This document shows, piece by piece, positions 18,193 through 25,635 of a DNA stretch of 64,000 bases. Position numbers and translations under genes: made by a program. Under the pieces are notes generated by a model that saw only the letters and a program-made list of their open reading frames with translations, was not told where the DNA came from and made no database searches. How positions within the stretch are numbered: the stretch's first letter is position 1; each line of letters starts with the position of its first letter. The stretch is from Chloroflexia bacterium (GTDB lineage: Bacteria > Chloroflexota > Chloroflexia > QHBQ01 > JADMIH01): positions 11,408 to 75,407 of the forward strand of contig DASVVE010000065.1 in assembly GCA_036386675.1 (NCBI GenBank), given 5' to 3'.

Positions 18193-19239
18193 ATGTCAGA
18201 AACACTCAGCAGCATCCAAAACTGGGCAGGCACGCTGCCAGGGCTGGGGTCGAGGCAGCCGGAGGTCACGTTCAAGTACGAGCGTGACGGCGTGCGTTCT
18301 TACACTCTGTCGTATGCCGACAACCGGCTGCGGTTCAAGCACTACCTGGACAGACCGGGCGCAAAACCATCCCTCCTGGAGCGGAGCGCACGAGACTTAG
18401 GGCAGGCCGAGGCTACCGCATTAGAGTCGTATGCTGCCGAGGGGTTAGCGCCACAGCTTGTTTGGTCCGGCGAGATGCCGGCCCAGTTAGGAGGCTACGG
18501 GGTCGTTTACAGGCGTGTGGAGGGGCTTACCGCCGAGGCTGCATACCTGACCGAGGCCCATGCGGAGAGACTTGCCCATGCTCTTCGCCAGGTACATAGC
18601 CGCACCTTGCAGTCGAAACTCCTGGCCCCGCAACCACGCAACCTCGCGGGCTGGTGGAACCGGGTGCACGAGCAGTACCGCGACCTGCCACCAGAGTTCA
18701 CAGCCGCGCTGCCACCGACGTTGGAGGAGTCGCTCGTGGGGCTGGTGCAGTCGGTGTCAGGTGATGCCAACGCCCACATCCGCTTCTGGCAGGGGGCCTC
18801 GCTGGTGCCGGTCCACGGCAATCTCACGATGCGCAACGTTATATTTGATGACCGCCAGGTGACGCTGGTGGACTGGCCTCGCTTTGGTTTGGGCGACCCG
18901 GCGTACGAGCTGGCGAATGCAGTGTGGGAAATGGCCCTCTCGGGTAACGAGCCGCTAGTGGAGCACTTGGCGAGTTCGTACCTGCGACAAGCCGGGGATA
19001 TCATGCTTGAGCGCCGGGTGCTGATCTACCGTCGCCTGCTGCCGTTCGGCCGCTTCCTCGACTTCCTGCACAGCCAATGGCGCGGCGAGTCCTCGGTCTC
19101 TCACCGGGCAGACACGAGCAGCCGTTATCTCTCAGCCGCTATGTCGGTCTACGGCTGGCAGCAGCAAACAGTAGATCAGACAGTAAGCCAATTCGAGTCT
19201 TGGCTAACAACACGACAAAAAGGTCAGTCAAGCAACTAA
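18193..19239 (+). CDS. Aminoglycoside/choline-kinase-like phosphotransferase (APH fold), possibly catalytically atypical
   Basis: Brenner-like motif VHGNLTMRNVIFDD (Asn where the catalytic Asp is expected) and LVDWPRFGLGDPAYELAN (Mg-binding DxE/D region). Confidence 0.55.
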   Translation: MSETLSSIQNWAGTLPGLGSRQPEVTFKYERDGVRSYTLSYADNRLRFKHYLDRPGAKPSLLERSARDLGQAEATALESYAAEGLAPQLVWSGEMPAQLGGYGVVYRRVEGLTAEAAYLTEAHAERLAHALRQVHSRTLQSKLLAPQPRNLAGWWNRVHEQYRDLPPEFTAALPPTLEESLVGLVQSVSGDANAHIRFWQGASLVPVHGNLTMRNVIFDDRQVTLVDWPRFGLGDPAYELANAVWEMALSGNEPLVEHLASSYLRQAGDIMLERRVLIYRRLLPFGRFLDFLHSQWRGESSVSHRADTSSRYLSAAMSVYGWQQQTVDQTVSQFESWLTTRQKGQSSN

Positions 19240-19247
19240 GTCTAGCC

Positions 19248-19283
19248 TCACGGAGGACCTTACGGAGGACCTTACGGAGGTAA
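19248..19283 (+). repeat. 12-nt direct repeat (CGGAGGACCTTA)x2.5 just downstream of the phosphotransferase stop
   Basis: cacggaggaccttacggaggaccttacggaggtaa. Confidence 0.8.
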
Positions 19284-19306
19284 TTGAGCACCTAAAGACG
19301 CTTCCC

Positions 19307-19437
19307 GTCATTTCGAGCGGAGTGAGAAATCTCGTCCTCTACCCCGATGCTCCGTTATTCCTGTGAGACTCTGTGGCTGAGAGAAAGGTGGTATTTGGGT
19401 GGTGAAAGGCGAGATTTCTCACTCCGCTCGAAATGAC
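19307..19437. repeat. 131-bp element bounded by 28-bp perfect inverted repeats (MITE-like or long hairpin), copy 1
   Basis: GTCATTTCGAGCGGAGTGAGAAATCTCG at 19307-19334 is the exact reverse complement of 19410-19437. Intergenic between convergent genes. Confidence 0.85.
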
Positions 19438-19504
19438 AGAGGGGAAGATGGTTCTACAACTTCCCCCTCGCTCGTATTCACGCACCAACAATAGCAAGCC
19501 GCAT

Positions 19505-19540
19505 CACGTTTCACGTTTCAGCACCACGTTTCACGTTTCA
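19505..19540 (-). repeat. GAAACGT heptamer array (two doublets) overlapping the stop of the GNAT gene
   Basis: cacgtttcacgtttca gcac cacgtttcacgtttca is the reverse complement of (TGAAACG)n. Same unit and same terminal GAAACGTGATG as at 12462 and 54667. Confidence 0.85.
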
Positions 19541-20061
19541 CCAACCAGTCTGTCCAGCCCCTCCCTATCGAGCCTGTAGATGTGCCAGTCAGCCAGATGG
19601 CGGGCACCCAACCGCTCGTAGAAGTTGATGGCGTGTTGGTTCCAGTCGAGCACGGCCCACTCGAAGCGACCGCAGCCCCGGCGTATCGCTTCCTCGGCGC
19701 AATGGCTGAAGAGGGCGTACCCCACACGCCTGCCTCGGTACTCCTCTAGCACAAATAAGTCTTCCAGGTACAGGGTCGGCAGGGCCAGGAAGGTGGAGTA
19801 AGTCTCAAAGACGAAGGCGTACCCTGCAACGTCACCCTCGTGCTCGGCAAGGAAGATCTCAAACCGGGGCCGGGTGCCAAAAGCATCGTCCAGGAGGCGC
19901 GACTGTGCCGTCGCGTCGGGGGGAGGTAACTTCTCGAAGTCAGCCAGCGCGGTAATAAGACGCACGATGGCCGGCCCGTCCTGAGGCGTTGCGCGGCGGA
20001 CGCTCACGCCGGGCGTTTGGGACGCTATTTCACCTGCTGAATTAGACATCGGTGGCTCCAA
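19531..20061 (-). CDS. GNAT-family N-acetyltransferase
   Basis: Acetyl-CoA-binding motif RGRRVGYALFSHCAEEAIRRGCGRFEW, with the GNAT beta4-alpha3 pattern. Confidence 0.8.
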   Translation of the reverse strand: MEPPMSNSAGEIASQTPGVSVRRATPQDGPAIVRLITALADFEKLPPPDATAQSRLLDDAFGTRPRFEIFLAEHEGDVAGYAFVFETYSTFLALPTLYLEDLFVLEEYRGRRVGYALFSHCAEEAIRRGCGRFEWAVLDWNQHAINFYERLGARHLADWHIYRLDREGLDRLVGET

Positions 20062-20073
20062 TCCAGCAGAAGA

Positions 20074-20418
20074 CTACGTCCCCTTCTCTCCATGTTCCTC
20101 ACCGGCTTCAGGCTGCGCCTGGCGATGCCGCCCGATTTCGCCCAGGGTGTCATGGGGCTTGTTCACCATCTCGCCACCGTCAGCGGTGCCCTGGGCGGAT
20201 TGCTTGCTGTAATAGTATTCCGGCTCGCGCCCGGCGTGCTCCATGTGGTCGGCTCCGGCAGCCTCACCTGATACCTCTCCGGTGGCCTGTGCCGTCTCTG
20301 TGCCCGCCTCCGACACCATCTGGTACTCGGTGCCCATTGCTTGAGCCGTGGGGCCTCCTAGCCTGGCTACGTCCTGCTCCTCCGGGTCACCGCCGCTGTT
20401 CTGGGGTGTGTCCGCCAT
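20074..20418 (-). CDS. Small acidic, Gly/Glu/Ala-rich, low-complexity hypothetical protein downstream of the dynamin-like gene
   Basis: 114-aa ORF tightly spaced between the dynamin-like and GNAT genes on the same strand. No recognisable domain; composition suggests intrinsic disorder. Confidence 0.4.
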   Translation of the reverse strand: MADTPQNSGGDPEEQDVARLGGPTAQAMGTEYQMVSEAGTETAQATGEVSGEAAGADHMEHAGREPEYYYSKQSAQGTADGGEMVNKPHDTLGEIGRHRQAQPEAGEEHGEKGT

Positions 20419-20445
20419 GTTGCTCTCCTCTATGCTTGTAATGCC

Positions 20446-22221
20446 TTACCTGCCTATTATCTCCACCTGCGCTCGGAGCGACTCGAGACTCTCCTGGATG
20501 CGTCCCAATTCAACGTCTGCCGCCGTCATGCGGGTCTGCTCCAGCCGCACGAAACGAGTGTACGGGGCGAGGGCTTCCCGGATGCGGTTGGTGGACTGGT
20601 CAAGCTCGGTGTTGAACTGCGTGCTCATGGCGGCTACCAGCTTGTCGCGTAGCTCCTCGGTGCGCTCGCGGAACTCCTGCTTGGCCTTGCGCTTGCGGTA
20701 CGGCAGCACGAACAGGCCAGCCGCCCCCGACACCAGCGCGGCTGTGATGCCCGTTATGTCAATAAAGGCCGCCGCGAAGGCCAGCGACACAAGAACGCCC
20801 ACGGCCACCCCGCCGCCGGCCACCACCATCTGTCCCACCGCGGTCCTCATGTCCTGGGCTATGGCATCGGCCTGCTGCCTGCGGTCGTAGGTCTCCACCA
20901 CCCGCCGGGCTTCCAGCACCACCGAGCGCAACAGCGACTCGCGGTTTGACTCGAATTGCCCGCCGATGCTACCTATCACGTGCTCGTCGAACCCCGGCGT
21001 TGAGGCTACCCCGGCGTCTCTCCGGCGGCTGACGTACTGCATCACCGCCTGCCACAGCCGCAGGTCCTGGTCCACCATCCAGTTGATGAGGCCGCTGACC
21101 GCGTCGTCAATGCGCCGGGCGCTGTCGGCTACCACCCGGTCCTCGAACTCGCGCTTGATCTTTTCGGAGTTGAGCAGGTCGCGGATGCGGCCCACGCGCA
21201 GGGTCTCCTCGAAGAAAGCATCGCCGCGCTCGCGCATCTCGTAGATAATGTTTTCGATTTGTGAGAGGCGTCCCGCGAACTCCCTCTCCATGTCCCCACG
21301 GTACAGCCCTATCTGGCCCTCTATGTTCTCTACCGTCTTGAAGTCCTCGGCCAGCACCGCCAGCCGGGTGCGCGTTACCTGGTGGTACCGCTCCGCGACT
21401 CGTCCGGCTATGCCCAGCGGTGTGGACAGCTTGAGGCGGATGCGGCCTACTTCGTCCAGCGTGTTGAAGATGTACTTCTCCAGTTGCTCCATGCGGCTGG
21501 CGTTCATGATGGCGTCCCGCTCGATACCCGGCTGCATCTCACGCGCCCTTTGTGCGAGCCGTGCTGACACCGGGTAAATCTCCGGTTGCTGGCCGAGCAG
21601 CGCCAGGCTGTTCTCCTGGATGAAGTGGAGCACGCGGTCGAGGTCTTCGGACGTCTGTAGCAGGTCGATCTTGTTGAGCACGACTACGATCTTCTTGCCC
21701 CACTCCCGTATCGTCTCCATGAAGCCCCGCTCAGACTCGGTGAAGGGGCGGTCGGCGGAAGTAAGGAAGAGCACCATGTCGGAGCGAGGCACGAAGGTGC
21801 GGGTCAATTCCTCGTGCCGCCGGATGATGGCGTTGGTGCCCGGCGTGTCCACGATACTGATCTCGCGCAGGAACTCGGCGGGGAAGGTGCGCTCGGTCAC
21901 AAAATCAGAGACAAGGCGCTCGGTAGGCTGATCGCCATGGCGCAAGAGGTTGATGGTGGCGGTAGTCGGTGTCACGCCTTCCGGCAGCACCTTCCGCCCC
22001 AGTAGAGCGTTTATGAAGGCCGACTTGCCCGCGTTGAACTCACCCACCACCACGAGCAGGAAAAGCTCCTCCAGGTCCTCCACAGCCTGCCGCAGCGCCC
22101 CCCTGTCCTTGGGGTCAGGCTCCAACGGCTCTATGGCCTGTAGCAACTGACCGAGCGCCTGCCGCTCGGCGTGCCTTATCTCCAGTTGTCGTTCGTCCAG
22201 GATGTCTATCATGCTTACCAT
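20446..22221 (-). CDS. Bacterial dynamin-like GTPase with a C-terminal transmembrane/paddle segment
   Basis: G1 GEFNAGKS, G2 T, G3 DTPG, G4 NKID; long helical stalk; hydrophobic segment near the C-terminus. Confidence 0.85.
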   Translation of the reverse strand: MVSMIDILDERQLEIRHAERQALGQLLQAIEPLEPDPKDRGALRQAVEDLEELFLLVVVGEFNAGKSAFINALLGRKVLPEGVTPTTATINLLRHGDQPTERLVSDFVTERTFPAEFLREISIVDTPGTNAIIRRHEELTRTFVPRSDMVLFLTSADRPFTESERGFMETIREWGKKIVVVLNKIDLLQTSEDLDRVLHFIQENSLALLGQQPEIYPVSARLAQRAREMQPGIERDAIMNASRMEQLEKYIFNTLDEVGRIRLKLSTPLGIAGRVAERYHQVTRTRLAVLAEDFKTVENIEGQIGLYRGDMEREFAGRLSQIENIIYEMRERGDAFFEETLRVGRIRDLLNSEKIKREFEDRVVADSARRIDDAVSGLINWMVDQDLRLWQAVMQYVSRRRDAGVASTPGFDEHVIGSIGGQFESNRESLLRSVVLEARRVVETYDRRQQADAIAQDMRTAVGQMVVAGGGVAVGVLVSLAFAAAFIDITGITAALVSGAAGLFVLPYRKRKAKQEFRERTEELRDKLVAAMSTQFNTELDQSTNRIREALAPYTRFVRLEQTRMTAADVELGRIQESLESLRAQVEIIGR

Positions 22222-22389
22222 TTACCGGCCAAAGTGATTTGCCGCCCTTGATCGCAGGCTTACCGGCTCCAAAGTCTTTCGCATGCCGGTACAATTACCG
22301 TGAATTCAATCGGCCATACTTCTACATAGCAAAAAGGTTGCCATTGTGCGCTGTGGCGGTGTGTATCTCGCTCCGTCTAGAGAGCCAAG

Positions 22390-22541
22390 CCCCCCTTGTC
22401 ATTCCGACCGCAGTGAGGAATCAGGTGGAAGTCGTGCATTGTTGCATTAGGGAGCAAAGCCGACAAGGCCACTCCTGTGCCCCAATTCAGCAGCGTTCCT
22501 ATCCACCTGATTCCTCACTGCGGTCGGAATGACAAGGGGGG
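22390..22541. repeat. Approximately 152-bp element bounded by 39-40-bp perfect inverted repeats (copy 2 of the family at 19307-19437)
   Basis: CCCCCTTGTCATTCCGACCGCAGTGAGGAATCAGGTGGA at 22391-22429 is the exact reverse complement of 22502-22540. The core GTCATTYCGASCGSAGTGAGRAATC is shared with copy 1. Confidence 0.85.
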
Positions 22542-22611
22542 AAGTGAGTCCTGGGGCGCAGCATACTGCTTGCCAATCGCTTGTGCCGCCTGGAAGGTCA
22601 GGGCGGCTCGA

Positions 22612-24339
22612 CTACTCCAGGGGCACTGTGAACCAGAAGGTGCTGCCCACGCCTCCCGGACCTTCCTCCACGCCGATATGGCCCCCATGCGCCTCCACCG
22701 CCAGGCGCGAAATGTAGAGGCCCAGTCCCAGACCTTGCGCGCTGATCTCTTTGCCCCTGTCTCCCCTGTACGCCCTGTCGAAGATGCGCCTGCGCTCCTC
22801 CGGCGGCACCCCCGCCCCCTGGTCCGTCACCGACACCATCAGGCTCGCCGGGGCCAACTCTGCGGTAGTGTACTCGCTGGCGGGCAGTACGAAATGTTTC
22901 TCAGGCGGAGTCCGCTCCACGGCTACCATGATAGCGCCACCGGAGGGTGAATACTTGACCGCGTTGGTGATGAGGTTTGTCAGCACCTGGTCGATGCGAC
23001 GTGCGTCCATCTCGACCTGGGGCAGGTCAGACTCTATACGTACGTCGACGGTGTGAAAGTTTGGCGCGTGGCTCTGCTCGGTGCTGATGCGCCCCGCCAC
23101 GCTCATGACCAGTGCCCCCAGGTCACCAGGCTCCTTGTTGATAGCCTGCACGCCCGACTCCAGCCGCCCGGAGTCAACGAGGTCGCCCACCATGCCGCTC
23201 ATGCGCAGGGCGTTTTCCTTGACCAGCGAGACGTAATTGACCTCTTCCTGGAGGCCGAGCCTGCCTAGCCGTCGGGATAGCATTTGGGCATAGCCGCTGA
23301 TCACGGTGAGGGGTCCGCGTAACTCGTGCGATAGGATGCTCAGGAACTCCTCTTTCATAACATCGGCTTCCCGCTCTTCCGTGATGTCGCGCACCAGAAT
23401 CACCGCGCCATCGCGCCCGCCACCGGGCCGCCGCACCGGGGAGGCTGTCAAGCTCAACACTCGCTCGTCCTCGCGCACCACCCACCTGATGTGGTAGTTC
23501 CGGCACTCGTCACCGCGCTCGAATACCCTGCCCAGCGGCCAGTCCTGCCCGTCGTCCTCGCCAGCGTGCTCTCCCGAAGCCGCGCGCCAGGCACCACTCA
23601 ATACGCAGCTACCCACCAGGCTCGACATCGGCATGCCGAGGATGCGCGCGGCCGCCCGGTTCGCCCGCACGATGGTGCCGGAATTGTCACACATGAGCAG
23701 GCCGTCAGACATGCTGCCCAGTACCGTCTCCATCTCGGCAACGCGCCGCCGGAACTCGCTGTCAGCCGCGACCAGTGCCTTCTCATGCATGACCGCGTTG
23801 GAAATCGACAGGCCAAGTAGTTGCCCCACCACGCGCAACAGTTCTAGGTGGACCATGTTGAAGGCGTTGTAGTTGTGGCTGGATAGGGTCAGCACACCCC
23901 AGATCGTGTTGACGGCCACAATGGTAATGGCGGCCCAACTTTGGGTGCCGGCTTCCTTGGCGGCCCGCGAGACGAACCCGCCGGATTCTTCAAGGCGTTC
24001 GCTACGAGTGACAGGGCCGCCGGACTCCAGTACCAGGCGCAGCGCCGGCTCGTCGGGGGCGAGCACAGACCGCTTCTCGTTGAGGTCTTCCGGCAGGTTG
24101 TGCCTGACCGCAAGCAACCACGTGCCGTCGGGCTGGGGCACGTAAATGCCGCCCCTGTGAGCACCCGTAACCTCGGCTATTCGCCCCAAGGCGCTTTGCA
24201 GCAGTTCTTCGGTGGTCTCGGTGGAGTTTATTGCCGTGGAGATGGAGTCGATGGCCCAGAATACGCGCGTTTGCTCCTCCAGGCGCGAGGCCAGGTTCTG
24301 CCAACCGCTGTTGTCCGGTCCGTCCCAGAAGTTCCCCAC
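22612..24339 (-). CDS. Sensor histidine kinase (GAF + PAS + HisKA + HATPase_c), cytoplasmic
   Basis: H-box FLSILSHELRGPL, N-box NLITNAVKYS, G-boxes DQGAGV / GLGLGLYIS. Confidence 0.9.
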   Translation of the reverse strand: MGNFWDGPDNSGWQNLASRLEEQTRVFWAIDSISTAINSTETTEELLQSALGRIAEVTGAHRGGIYVPQPDGTWLLAVRHNLPEDLNEKRSVLAPDEPALRLVLESGGPVTRSERLEESGGFVSRAAKEAGTQSWAAITIVAVNTIWGVLTLSSHNYNAFNMVHLELLRVVGQLLGLSISNAVMHEKALVAADSEFRRRVAEMETVLGSMSDGLLMCDNSGTIVRANRAAARILGMPMSSLVGSCVLSGAWRAASGEHAGEDDGQDWPLGRVFERGDECRNYHIRWVVREDERVLSLTASPVRRPGGGRDGAVILVRDITEEREADVMKEEFLSILSHELRGPLTVISGYAQMLSRRLGRLGLQEEVNYVSLVKENALRMSGMVGDLVDSGRLESGVQAINKEPGDLGALVMSVAGRISTEQSHAPNFHTVDVRIESDLPQVEMDARRIDQVLTNLITNAVKYSPSGGAIMVAVERTPPEKHFVLPASEYTTAELAPASLMVSVTDQGAGVPPEERRRIFDRAYRGDRGKEISAQGLGLGLYISRLAVEAHGGHIGVEEGPGGVGSTFWFTVPLE

Positions 24340-24525
24340 TCGTCTCCACCTCTGCTGATACAGGCTGCTGCTTGACTACTGGTTGAACATCTGATACAAA
24401 TGCCACGAGTAGCAACCGATGTGTCAAGAGGGCCACAGCGAGCCTCTGTATTAAGAGAGGGCTGCCTACCATCTACTACACCGGGTGCAGGCAATATGAT
24501 AAACCAAAACGAGCAGGAAGGAAAG

Positions 24526-24930
24526 ATGCAGACAGGTCAGGTGCCGGAGGGTGAGCCTGTGGCGCTGCTGTATTGCACAGACCTCATGTTTGGCGTGCAG
24601 TTGCAAAACATGGCACTCAAGACAGGCTATCGCTTCACCAACGCCCGCCCTGGTAGCCCTTTAGCCGATGCAGCCGTCATGATCGTGGACCTGGGTTCGA
24701 GAGGCGACTGGGAAGCTGCGATACGAGAAGTGTCGGCGCGCGGAGTGCCGGTGATCGCCTTCGGCCCCCATATGGACGCGGAGGGGCGCAAGAGAGCCAA
24801 AGCGGCAGGGGCCACCCGTGTGCTCGCCAATTCGAACCTGGCACGAGACCTGCCTCGCATGCTCACGGATCTGAAGGAGCGCGTCCTCACCACGTCTGAC
24901 GAAGATGAAGATGGCGAGCACGACGCCTGA
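24526..24930 (+). CDS. Hypothetical protein (approximately 134 aa) with acidic tail
   Basis: ATG preceded by AGGAAGGAAAG; the ORF continues to 24930 and ends DEDEDGEHDA. No confident domain call. Confidence 0.45.
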   Translation: MQTGQVPEGEPVALLYCTDLMFGVQLQNMALKTGYRFTNARPGSPLADAAVMIVDLGSRGDWEAAIREVSARGVPVIAFGPHMDAEGRKRAKAAGATRVLANSNLARDLPRMLTDLKERVLTTSDEDEDGEHDA

Positions 24931-24976
24931 GCGGGTAGTCTACGCGGGCTTATTTTTGACTGAGAGGGAGACAAGG

Positions 24977-25441
24977 ATGCCTGAAATCGAGGGCGTAGTG
25001 GTAAAGGAACTTGTTACGCACACGGACGAGCGCGGCTTCTTTCGCGAGCTTATCCGCAAGACGGACGACTTCTTTGGCGAAGGGTTTGCCCAATTGAGCC
25101 ACTCGCTCATGCACCCCGGCGTAGCTAAGGCCTGGCACATCCACAAGCACCAGATCGACTGGTGGTACGTGCCGGTGGGGGTGCTCAAGGTGGCCCTCTA
25201 CGATACCCGGGCCGAGTCGCCCACCAAAGGCCTCTTGCAGGAACTGTTCATGGGTGGCGACTACGGGCAGAGGATACTGAAGATACCCCCCGGCGTGGCC
25301 CACGGCTGCAAGGCGATAGGCGGCCCCGCTCACCTCGTGTACGTCACCTCCAACACATACGACCCCAAGGATGAGGGCCGCATCCCCCACGACGACCCGG
25401 AGATTGGCTACGACTGGGTCTCTTTGCCGGAAATAAAGTGA
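24977..25441 (+). CDS. dTDP-4-dehydrorhamnose 3,5-epimerase-like cupin (RmlC family)
   Basis: DERGFFRE, HIHKHQIDWWY and cupin beta-strand pattern. Start taken at MPEIEG to match RmlC N-termini. Confidence 0.65.
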   Translation: MPEIEGVVVKELVTHTDERGFFRELIRKTDDFFGEGFAQLSHSLMHPGVAKAWHIHKHQIDWWYVPVGVLKVALYDTRAESPTKGLLQELFMGGDYGQRILKIPPGVAHGCKAIGGPAHLVYVTSNTYDPKDEGRIPHDDPEIGYDWVSLPEIK

Positions 25442-25456
25442 TGCAAGACAACCAGC

Positions 25457-25630
25457 ACAGCTTCTAAACGCCAAGACGCGGAGACGCCAAGAACCACGCC
25501 AAGCTAGGATTGTGGCACAAGCAAAAGGACCGGAGTGCAACATCACGTACTCCGGTCCTTTTTCTACTCTCCATACCTTATTTCTCTTGGCGCGTTCTCT
25601 GCGTCTCCGCGTCTTGGCGTTTAGTTACCC
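25457..25630. repeat. Approximately 170-bp cruciform-like intergenic repeat element with an embedded rho-independent terminator (copy A)
   Basis: Outer 24-bp perfect inverted repeat CTAAACGCCAAGACGCGGAGACGC / GCGTCTCCGCGTCTTGGCGTTTAG. Central hairpin GGACCGGAGT-loop-ACTCCGGTCC at 25527-25558, flanked by an A-run and a T-run. Shared core (CGCCAAG)x3 and TACTCTCCAWACCT. Confidence 0.85.
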
Positions 25631-25635
25631 AGGAG

